Made by a program: the position numbers and the translations under genes. Below, piece after piece: positions 7,619 to 14,437 of a stretch of 34,814 bases of DNA. Within the stretch, counting starts at the first letter, position 1, and every line of letters begins with the position of its first letter. The notes under the pieces are model-generated. The model ran no database searches and had not been told where the DNA came from. It was given only the letters and a program-made list of their open reading frames with translations. The DNA is from a virus (Duplodnaviria; Caudoviricetes): positions 1-34,814 of IMG/VR virus record IMGVR_UViG_3300011335_000821. The stretch is one strand, 5' to 3'.

Positions 7619-8406
7619 TTTGAACCCTCCATAATTTTTTTTCTCATTTCTTCTATTATCATTTTTTTTGTCATCCTACGAATGTTAGACCAATAATCTG
7701 AGTATTCTTTTTTTGCTTGTATTTTTTCTTTTATTGCTTGAAAGTCCATTTCCTTTAGATTTTCTTCTATTATTTCATTTTTTTCATCCATTAAATCTTT
7801 CCTTCTTTCATTAATTTTTTCTTTTATTTCGTATCTTTTAATTTCTCCCTTAGGATAAGGTAGGATAGGATAATTTAATTTATTCGTTATGCTTTTATTG
7901 CAACCATGGAATAAAACGTATCTATATTTTGAACTTCTGGTAACTCTTTCTGTCTTTACTCCTTTGTGGTGTCTAGAGTGCTTTCCAAATCCTGCTGAGA
8001 TATCTGTTCTTTTTTTTGTAATTCCTGTAAATAAAAAATTGCTTGCTTGATAAATGTAACCGATATGATTCATTTCAGAATCTGCATAAGACACAATAAT
8101 GAGTGGTTTCGGAAGTAGCTTTATGCATTTAGCTATAAAATAACTAGCTGTGTTTTTGGGTAATCCTTCAAAGATAACCAAACGATTTAATTCGATGACT
8201 TTTTTTTTATTTTCTTCACCACAAATCCCTTTACACAAACTAGGACTTGCAGGTGAACCGAAAGAACAAATTCCAACTAAATTTTCTTCATGAACCAAGC
8301 CGTAAGCGTAAGAAATTGAAGGCATCCGTTTGGCATAATGAATTCCTAATAAAAATGGTTTTGTATCTTCATATGATACTTTTTTAACTTCAAGATTTCT
8401 TATCAT
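7615..8406 (-). CDS. Mom-family (GNAT-like) adenine-modification protein with a C-terminal extension
   Basis: HY...LVGICSFG.P, IELNRL, PKNTASYFI, IVSYAD...HIGYIYQASNF.FTG, K.RYV match Mu Mom-like proteins. Confidence 0.8.
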   Translation of the reverse strand: MIRNLEVKKVSYEDTKPFLLGIHYAKRMPSISYAYGLVHEENLVGICSFGSPASPSLCKGICGEENKKKVIELNRLVIFEGLPKNTASYFIAKCIKLLPKPLIIVSYADSEMNHIGYIYQASNFLFTGITKKRTDISAGFGKHSRHHKGVKTERVTRSSKYRYVLFHGCNKSITNKLNYPILPYPKGEIKRYEIKEKINERRKDLMDEKNEIIEENLKEMDFQAIKEKIQAKKEYSDYWSNIRRMTKKMIIEEMRKKIMEGSK

Positions 8407-8418
8407 TTTTTTTATCCA

Positions 8419-8937
8419 TTATATTTTACCCTCTTTCATTAATTTTTTTGTTAAACCTTCTTCTAGCTGAGAAATGGTATATCCTCTTGTTTTGGAGGTT
8501 TCAAACCATTCTTCAAACCCTTCTAGATCACCCTTTCCAAGCTGATATTTTGCCTTTAATGCTGAAGGTGCAGGCTTGTCTTTCTCACCCTTTAAAACTT
8601 CCTGAATATCAATTGCATTTTCAACTTCCTCACGACTTGCAACACCTCGTTTGATTTCTAGACCAAGGTTAGCAAGGCATCTGCCAACCACAGAGGTTTC
8701 ACAGTTTTCTAAGGCTGAAGTCTTGTTGATGTAACTAGACCCTTCTTTTTCAAACGCATGACCTGTAGAGCTAATTACGTTCGTCTGATCCCTATAAGCA
8801 TAAGCTTTCATGATGATGATCCCGTCATTCCAACTTATCAATTCTGTATTTATTCTGCCTTCTGGGTAGAGTTCATAAAATTTTAAGATTCTTTCGTTTA
8901 CTGTAATGTAATCTTTTAAAATATCTTCTTTTGACAT
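8419..8937 (-). CDS. Rad52/Sak-like single-strand annealing protein
   Basis: DYITVNERI..F, STGHAFE....INKTSALENCETSVVGRCLANLG; lies close upstream of ssb. Confidence 0.72.
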   Translation of the reverse strand: MSKEDILKDYITVNERILKFYELYPEGRINTELISWNDGIIIMKAYAYRDQTNVISSTGHAFEKEGSSYINKTSALENCETSVVGRCLANLGLEIKRGVASREEVENAIDIQEVLKGEKDKPAPSALKAKYQLGKGDLEGFEEWFETSKTRGYTISQLEEGLTKKLMKEGKI

Positions 8938-8939
8938 TT

Positions 8940-9197
8940 TTATTCCTCCCGATTTTTTTCTACCATATATAATCCTTTTTCAATGCTTTCATATAACTTT
9001 GTGAAGTCATTATTCGTACCAAAAAATGTAACCGATGATCCATCTAAACAAACCTTCAATGTTAGTACGTCAAGATCAGCATCTTTTGGAAAAGTTTTTG
9101 AATTTAATACATCTTCTTTATCTTGATATAATCTTTCAAATGTTATTACTGCAGGTTCCTGATAAGAATTAGGAAAGTGCATGAATATGCTTGTCAT
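8940..9197 (-). CDS. Hypothetical protein
   Basis: RBS AGGAGGT; tightly packed in the operon. Confidence 0.75.
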   Translation of the reverse strand: MTSIFMHFPNSYQEPAVITFERLYQDKEDVLNSKTFPKDADLDVLTLKVCLDGSSVTFFGTNNDFTKLYESIEKGLYMVEKNREE

Positions 9198-9208
9198 TTT
9201 TTTACCTC

Positions 9209-9298
9209 CTATTCTTCAATATCTTTTTCAAATACTATGATTAACCCACTAACCACCACTAATAGTAAAAGTACAAAGCCGATTAAGTACCATATCAT
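9209..9298 (-). CDS. 29-aa single-TM peptide (not in ORF track): MIWYLIGFVLLLLVVVSGLIIVFEKDIEE
   Basis: RBS AAAGGGGGT; fills the gap between its neighbours. Confidence 0.7.
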   Translation of the reverse strand: MIWYLIGFVLLLLVVVSGLIIVFEKDIEE

Positions 9299-9313
9299 GT
9301 TCAATACCCCCTT

Positions 9314-9541
9314 TTAACTTTCAAATATCCTATATTTCTCTCTAATCCATCTTTTGACACATTCCCAGTCACAGTAATAATTTCCTTCTAACATTACATA
9401 CTTTTGTGTTATATGAACGATTTTCTCGCAAAAACAAAATCCGAGAAAATTTTTAGGTTTCATCATATTTCCACATTGACAAAAAGGAATGAATTGTTTT
9501 TTTTCTTCTTTGTTCCATTCTAATATTCGTTTTTCAGCCAT
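9314..9541 (-). CDS. Cys-rich, probable Zn-binding hypothetical protein
   Basis: CQC, CFC and CDWEC motifs; RBS AAAGGGGG. Confidence 0.7.
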   Translation of the reverse strand: MAEKRILEWNKEEKKQFIPFCQCGNMMKPKNFLGFCFCEKIVHITQKYVMLEGNYYCDWECVKRWIREKYRIFES

Positions 9542-9555
9542 CGTATTATCCCCCT

Positions 9556-9777
9556 TTAAGGTTCTATTCCTAATCTTTCAATCTCTGCATCAAGCTGATA
9601 ATACAAGTCCATCAGTTGACCAAGAGTAAAATATATACTTACTGTTGCATCGTGCGTTATATAACTCTCTGAAAGTTTATTACCTATAATAATATTTAAA
9701 CATTCCCTTCCCGTAACCTGAAAAATTTCTAGTTTAATTGATTGACCATCCTTCATGTGAATACTGTTGTTAGTCAT
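9556..9777 (-). CDS. Hypothetical protein
   Basis: RBS GAGGAGG; operon packing. Confidence 0.75.
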   Translation of the reverse strand: MTNNSIHMKDGQSIKLEIFQVTGRECLNIIIGNKLSESYITHDATVSIYFTLGQLMDLYYQLDAEIERLGIEP

Positions 9778-9779
9778 TA

Positions 9780-9989
9780 TTATTCCTCCTCTTTAAAATC
9801 AAATAGTTCATTAATACTGACTTCAAATAAATCTGACAACTTCTTTAATGTTTTGAGATTGGCTCCCTTGCCGTTCTCAATTTTGTAAATCGTCATTGGT
9901 GTTACTCCAATCTTTGCCGCTAGTTGAACTTGAGTCAAATCAAATTTTTTCGACTTCCTGAAATATTTTAGATTACTTTTTAGAATCAT
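9780..9989 (-). CDS. Cro/XRE-like HTH regulator
   Basis: NLKYFR...LTQVQLAAKIGVTPMTIYKIENG...LKKLSDLFEVSINELF; RBS AAAGGAGGTG before the ATG at 9989; no peptidase domain. Confidence 0.9.
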   Translation of the reverse strand: MILKSNLKYFRKSKKFDLTQVQLAAKIGVTPMTIYKIENGKGANLKTLKKLSDLFEVSINELFDFKEEE

Positions 9990-10009
9990 TTTGTCACCTC
10001 CTTTCATAT

Positions 10010-10039
10010 AGAATAACATATATCAATTATAAAAGTCAA
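10010..10039 (-). promoter_or_regulatory. Sigma-A-type promoter for the cro-like/recombination operon
   Basis: TTGACT, 18 bp spacer, TATTCT with an extended TGn. Confidence 0.55.
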
Positions 10040-10069
10040 CGTTTATCGTTTTGAAATAACAAACATTTA

Positions 10070-10276
10070 TTACTCTTTTATGAAAGGCTGAATTTTGAAA
10101 GCAATCTCAAAAAACATGATTTCGCATAAAGTTTTCAAATCATTGAATTCAATTTTGATGATCTGACTTTGATCTTCAATCATTATTTCAAATCCAGTTT
10201 CAACTTTATTGATATTTATTTCAGAATATTTTTTTAAATTTATTACATGATAACTTTTTTCCATAGTAGCCGCCAT
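10070..10276 (-). CDS. Hypothetical early protein
   Basis: RBS GAGGAG; shares HVINLKKY with the upstream gene. Confidence 0.7.
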   Translation of the reverse strand: MAATMEKSYHVINLKKYSEININKVETGFEIMIEDQSQIIKIEFNDLKTLCEIMFFEIAFKIQPFIKE

Positions 10277-10296
10277 TTTTTTATCTCCTCTTTATT

Positions 10297-10527
10297 TTAT
10301 AAAGTTTTAGAAAAATCAGAATTTTTAATCAGTTCTTCGATTTCTATAGAATTATAAATTTCTTTACTATTACAGTTCTCATCGCCTTTTTTATGAGAGT
10401 AGCTTCCGCAATCCTCGCATACTGTTTTGTGCCACTCTGTATATATAGAAACTTTCTTTTTTTCTAATTTTAAAAAATTTATTACTTCAATATATTTTTT
10501 TAAATTTATTACGTGAATCCTTTCCAT
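10297..10527 (-). CDS. Hypothetical early protein with a CxxC...H...C motif
   Basis: RBS AAGGAGTG; CEDCGSYSH...C. Confidence 0.7.
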   Translation of the reverse strand: MERIHVINLKKYIEVINFLKLEKKKVSIYTEWHKTVCEDCGSYSHKKGDENCNSKEIYNSIEIEELIKNSDFSKTL

Positions 10528-10531
10528 TTTT

Positions 10532-10778
10532 TCACTCCTTTACATAGTAGTCATTAAAAGTTTTGAAGCAATTCAGTGATAGAAAATATTCCAATATTTC
10601 TTCATCTTCGTATGCCATACCTGCATAATTTTCTGGTAAAACGTCCGAATCAATTAAGTTCAGTAGGATTTCATCCCATAAATAATTCTGGACATCTTTC
10701 CTTTCCGAGCTTACGATCCTCACCTTTTTTCTTTCAACTTCTTTAAATATTATTTTTTTGTAATCCTTGTAATCCATC
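10532..10778 (-). CDS. Hypothetical acidic early protein
   Basis: RBS AAGGAGGTG directly after its own promoter. ORF-track start is the TTG at 10780 with an ATG as second codon; the end given here is approximate. Confidence 0.7.
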
Positions 10779-10799
10779 AAATCACCTCCTTATATACTA

Positions 10800-10828
10800 A
10801 TCTTACATATATTTATTATACTTGTCAA
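10800..10828 (-). promoter_or_regulatory. Strong sigma-A-type early promoter
   Basis: TTGACA, 17 bp spacer, TAAGAT. Confidence 0.75.
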
Positions 10829-10830
10829 TA

Positions 10831-11286
10831 CTAAACTTCATATCTTTTGAAACTTTTTTTATAACTTTCCTCGTAACTTTTTTTCAAGATATTAAATTCA
10901 ATTTTATTTTGCAAAAAACCTTTTTTAATTTTTAAAAAATAATCATCATCTGGTACATCAAAGCCATAATTCTCGGTTAGAAAGTAAACATTGCAAAAAA
11001 CATTTTTATTTTTTGAAATTATTTCTTTAATTTTTCTTTCATAAATATCTGGAACACCCTCGTAATAGTCTAGAATTTTTTCTTGTTTTTTACTTAGATC
11101 ATAAATCACTCCATAAACTGCATTATCTTTTTCTGGGATTATGTTTGCAACTGTTTTGAAATTTCCGTTCATCTGAAAACACAAACTATAATCTAATAAT
11201 TTTGCTGTACCCACAATTTTGCTTTTGCCCACTCTTTCAAACATCTGTTCCTGCAAAGTGTTACTGCCGTATGCAAAGTAAAACAT
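10831..11286 (-). CDS. Gamma-glutamylcyclotransferase-like protein (YFAYGSN type)
   Basis: MFYFAYGSN..QM..R, ANIIP...VYGVIY...LDYYEGVP..Y. Confidence 0.9.
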   Translation of the reverse strand: MFYFAYGSNTLQEQMFERVGKSKIVGTAKLLDYSLCFQMNGNFKTVANIIPEKDNAVYGVIYDLSKKQEKILDYYEGVPDIYERKIKEIISKNKNVFCNVYFLTENYGFDVPDDDYFLKIKKGFLQNKIEFNILKKSYEESYKKSFKRYEV

Positions 11287-11302
11287 ATAAAACCACCTTT
11301 TT

Positions 11303-11668
11303 TTAAAAATTATTTTTTAATAATTGATGATTCTCTAAAATATCCAAATTATAAATGTAAATAAAAGCTTCAACCTCTTTATTTTTTAAGATTATTTTTT
11401 CATTTTTTCTTTTGTATAAATCGAATTCATCTCCTGAGTACCCTTCTAACATGTCTAATTTTTTTAATATTATTTTTTCATTTTTTTCAAAGGAATATAA
11501 TTCGCCTTTAACAATATCATTTTCTAAACCTGCAACCACCATTGGAAAAAGTCCGTTTGTGTAAATTTTATATCCTCTGACGTAACCATGTTTCATACTT
11601 TTGTAACCTGCCATCAAATAATGATTGTATTTGTTTCTTTTAAGCGTTCCGTAAACAAAGATGTTCAT
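11303..11668 (-). CDS. Gamma-glutamylcyclotransferase / AIG2-like protein (FVYGTLK type)
   Basis: IFVYGTLKR...NH, FPMV...VKGELY...LDMLEGY...Y.R; RBS AAGGAG before the ATG at 11668. Confidence 0.9.
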   Translation of the reverse strand: MNIFVYGTLKRNKYNHYLMAGYKSMKHGYVRGYKIYTNGLFPMVVAGLENDIVKGELYSFEKNEKIILKKLDMLEGYSGDEFDLYKRKNEKIILKNKEVEAFIYIYNLDILENHQLLKNNF

Positions 11669-11700
11669 TTTTTTCTCCTTTTTTTTCAAAAAATAATTTT

Positions 11701-11723
11701 AAAAAAACCCTCCTAAGAGGGTT
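11701..11723 (-). terminator. Rho-independent terminator
   Basis: Minus strand AACCCTC-ttag-GAGGGTT followed by a T run, at the stop of 11723..12034. Confidence 0.75.
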
Positions 11724-12034
11724 CAACCTTTTATTTCTTTTATAAATAACTGCAATAACAATTCCAACTCCCTATCATTACAGCTCAATGCTTGAAAATC
11801 TAATTCTGTTATGTTGTAATAATCTACATTCAAATTTCTGGATTTCAACGGTGAATATCCTGTGCTGATTAATATATTATTAATCACATAATAATCACAT
11901 GCCCAACCATTTTGACCAACGCTGTAAGCAATCGCATCCGTATTTCTTAACAAGTTCTGTAATCTGCAATAACCGATTCCTAAAATAGTATCATAATTTC
12001 TATTCATTTCTTTTTTTGTTACTTTGAATTTCAT
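11723..12034 (-). CDS. Conserved-looking hypothetical early phage protein
   Basis: IGYC.LQ.LL...AY..G..GW.CD.Y...ISTGY.P pattern recalled from Bacillota phage early genes; RBS AAGGAG. Confidence 0.75.
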   Translation of the reverse strand: MKFKVTKKEMNRNYDTILGIGYCRLQNLLRNTDAIAYSVGQNGWACDYYVINNILISTGYSPLKSRNLNVDYYNITELDFQALSCNDRELELLLQLFIKEIKG

Positions 12035-12070
12035 TTATCATCATTCTCCTTTTTTTTGTTACTTTAAATT

Positions 12071-12316
12071 TCATTTTAATCCGTTTATACTCCAATTTTT
12101 GCCTGTTATCTCGTGATCTCCGTTTGCATTTAAATATCCTTTATTAAAATAATTATCAGATACTACTGCAAAGCTTACAAAAACAAAAATATGAGTTTTG
12201 CATAATTCTTTAGCTAGTTTAACTGCCTTTGTTTTCGATAAATTAAATTTGGTATTTTCATTCATGCCAAGCGTATCATTCGACCAATTTACATTGTATT
12301 TAATAATTTTAATCAT
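12071..12316 (-). CDS. Hypothetical early protein
   Basis: 81-aa ORF in the leftward cluster; its RBS is abnormally close to the ATG. Confidence 0.6.
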   Translation of the reverse strand: MIKIIKYNVNWSNDTLGMNENTKFNLSKTKAVKLAKELCKTHIFVFVSFAVVSDNYFNKGYLNANGDHEITGKNWSINGLK

Positions 12317-12380
12317 CCTTTTTTTAATTTTATTTTTTTAATTTTTTTACGGTTTAAGGATCACCGTAAACCCTTGTATA

Positions 12381-12695
12381 TTAGTTATTGTAGTTTTCAA
12401 TGTATCTTAAATAATGATCCATGTCGTCAACAAACTCGTAAAAATCACTGATTTGGTAGACGGAATCAAGAAAAAGTTTTCCATTTCCGTCAATGATTAT
12501 TGATGCTGTTTCGTCACCGTGTTGCGAATGTTCTAACAAAAAGTAAACTTGATGTTTGTAGCTAAATTCGTGTATCACGTGCCAAGTGCCTATAAATTCT
12601 TTAACTCTAATCCCTGTGGATCCGATTGTTTTTCCGGACACCATAGCCTCAAACTCTGTATCAAACTCTTTGCTTACCATTGACAAGATTAACAA
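12381..12695 (-). CDS. Hypothetical protein resembling a large-polyvalent-protein-associated domain
   Basis: GTWHVI...FLLEH...GDE.A.III...G pattern recalled from polyvalent proteins of Bacillota conjugative elements. True start may be 12686 or 12680. Confidence 0.55.
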   Translation of the reverse strand: MLILSMVSKEFDTEFEAMVSGKTIGSTGIRVKEFIGTWHVIHEFSYKHQVYFLLEHSQHGDETASIIIDGNGKLFLDSVYQISDFYEFVDDMDHYLRYIENYNN

Positions 12696-12719
12696 CTCCT
12701 TTTTTTATCTTATAATCTT

Positions 12720-12748
12720 ATTATATAGGTTTATATGTAATTAGTCAA
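12720..12748 (-). promoter_or_regulatory. Strong sigma-A-type early promoter
   Basis: TTGACT, 17 bp spacer, TATAAT, with AT-rich upstream DNA. Confidence 0.8.
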
Positions 12749-12794
12749 CATATATTTATATTGTTTATTAAATAGATAAAATTAAAAGTGACTA

Positions 12795-13110
12795 TTTTTT
12801 GAGAAAATAAATTTAATTTTTTTTGTTGCACGCTGCAGATCTTACTTTTTTTAAAAAAATAAATTGAAATTCGTGCGAAGCAGCTCTTTGTTCATATTTT
12901 TTTAAGAAAATAAATTGAAATAAATTATAGTTAATCTTTTTTTTGAGAAAATAAATTAATTTTTTTTGAATTTATAAACATGGTCAATCATTTTTGAGAA
13001 AATAAATTCATTTTTTTTGAAGTGTTGGAGATAGTTAATCTTTTTTTGAGAAAATAAATTGAAATAATTTATGGTCAATCATTTTTTTGATAAAATAAAT
13101 TGAAATAAAT
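12795..13110. repeat. Seven-copy phased array of T(5-8)-RA(G/A/T)AAAATAAATT
   Basis: Cores start at 12801, 12853, 12904, 12945, 12996, 13048 and 13089. Confidence 0.9.
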
Positions 13111-13113
13111 CAG

Positions 13114-13138
13114 AAAAAAAAGACGACTTGCGTCGTCT
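13114..13138 (-). terminator. Rho-independent terminator of the amidoligase gene
   Basis: Minus strand AGACGAC-gcaa-GTCGTCT followed by T7. Confidence 0.88.
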
Positions 13139-13967
13139 AAATGTAAAACTCTTTGTAATCATCAAACGATAATTGTAACTTTTTGAACATCGCCTCGATG
13201 TTATCTATTGTTGGTGTGCGTCTTGCAAAGGTGTCAAGCACCTTAAACGAACTTGCTTTATACATCAATGCGTTCGTAAATTCAATCCAACGCACTGTAT
13301 CGTCTATGTCAAGCGTTGATTGCATTGCTCTAAACTCAAGCGTTCTATGCCTATTTTTAGATGCCACGTTTATATTTCGATATCTTATAGACGTGTTCGG
13401 GTTTAATTTTTCTGAGTCGGGCGTATAAATTTCCTCATCCATAATCAATTTTTCATATCTATCTAGTACGATACTATCAATCATATCATCAAATTGTCCG
13501 TCTATAGATGTGTATGGCTTACAGTAGCCGTTGTGTAGGCGTTTTTTTCCTACAAGGTCTTTGATCAGATGATCTGACTGTGCATAATACTTCATCACTT
13601 TGACAATATCAGACTTTGTCAGGTCGTTTGTAGCTAAGTCATGATGTATGTGTAAGCCACACGTATCATTAAATTGTACAGCACACTTTTTATTCAAGAC
13701 GGCTTTAATTTGGCGTAAATGACTTGTAAACTTTGATAGGTCTGTATACGGACGTGAGACCAGTTCATATCCATTTAAACCGCTACCTCTAACGCTACCA
13801 TCAGTTACTATCTTGTAGTCGCTAGTGACGCTATTGTGTCCGTACGGTTGATACTTTACGTCTATACCTGTTAGCGTTGTGATCCTATCGGCTACAGATG
13901 TACCATTCATCGTTGTCAAAAACTCTAGTTCATAGCCAAATTTAATTTGTCGTGTCATTTTAATCAT
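13137..13967 (-). CDS. Putative amidoligase (COOH-NH2 ligase, Amidoligase_2-like)
   Basis: FGYELEF, DGSV, GYELVS, CGLHIH, RYRNINV and TLEFR appear in the expected order. Confidence 0.88.
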   Translation of the reverse strand: MIKMTRQIKFGYELEFLTTMNGTSVADRITTLTGIDVKYQPYGHNSVTSDYKIVTDGSVRGSGLNGYELVSRPYTDLSKFTSHLRQIKAVLNKKCAVQFNDTCGLHIHHDLATNDLTKSDIVKVMKYYAQSDHLIKDLVGKKRLHNGYCKPYTSIDGQFDDMIDSIVLDRYEKLIMDEEIYTPDSEKLNPNTSIRYRNINVASKNRHRTLEFRAMQSTLDIDDTVRWIEFTNALMYKASSFKVLDTFARRTPTIDNIEAMFKKLQLSFDDYKEFYI

Positions 13968-13984
13968 TTCCCTTCATATTTTAT

Positions 13985-14017
13985 TGTATAAACTTTGTAT
14001 AAACTTTGTAGAAGGTT
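13985..14017. repeat. 11-bp tandem repeat TGTATAAACTT x2 plus a degenerate TGTAGAAGGTT
   Basis: Copies start at 13985, 13996 and 14007, in the amidoligase leader. Confidence 0.85.
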
Positions 14018-14041
14018 GGTTTTGTGTCACTTCTTACTCTT

Positions 14042-14071
14042 ACTATCTCATGAATTTATTATTTATGTCAA
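14042..14071 (-). promoter_or_regulatory. Candidate promoter of the amidoligase gene
   Basis: Perfect TTGACA at 14071-14066, but only a weak -10 (TGa-GATAGT, 18 bp spacer). Confidence 0.45.
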
Positions 14072-14410
14072 TAGGTTTATTATGTTTTTTTAAAATATAA
14101 TTTGTATTTTATTAATAATTTACGTAAATGTTATGGATCAGATAGCCCATCTCTGTCTTAATCGTAAAAAATACTATTTAATTTTAATAAAATAAAGTGA
14201 ATATTTATGCATGTTTTGGTATAAAAGTGTGTTTTGTAGAGGGTTTAGAGGGTATGTAGAAAGTTTAGGAGTAATAAAACAAGGGTAGGTAACCCAATGG
14301 AGAATTGATGTATATATATAGTACAGTGATATACAAATAGCCATTTTACCTTATATCCATTTTTTTCCATAATAAATAATCTATCAAGAGGATATGATAG
14401 AAAGGGCTTG

Positions 14411-14437
14411 TGTACATTATGTACATTGTGTACTTTG
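14411..14437. repeat. 3 x 9-bp tandem repeat (TGTACATTA / TGTACATTG / TGTACTTTG)
   Basis: Read directly in the large divergent intergenic region. Confidence 0.75.

Noticed and set aside
12882-12894. boxA-like AGCTCTTTGTTCA
   Set aside because: Imperfect match, and on the strand opposite to local transcription.
12795-13110. CRISPR mini-array
   Set aside because: The repeats are degenerate, nearly pure A/T and variable in length. Several intervening segments repeat each other, and no cas genes are present.
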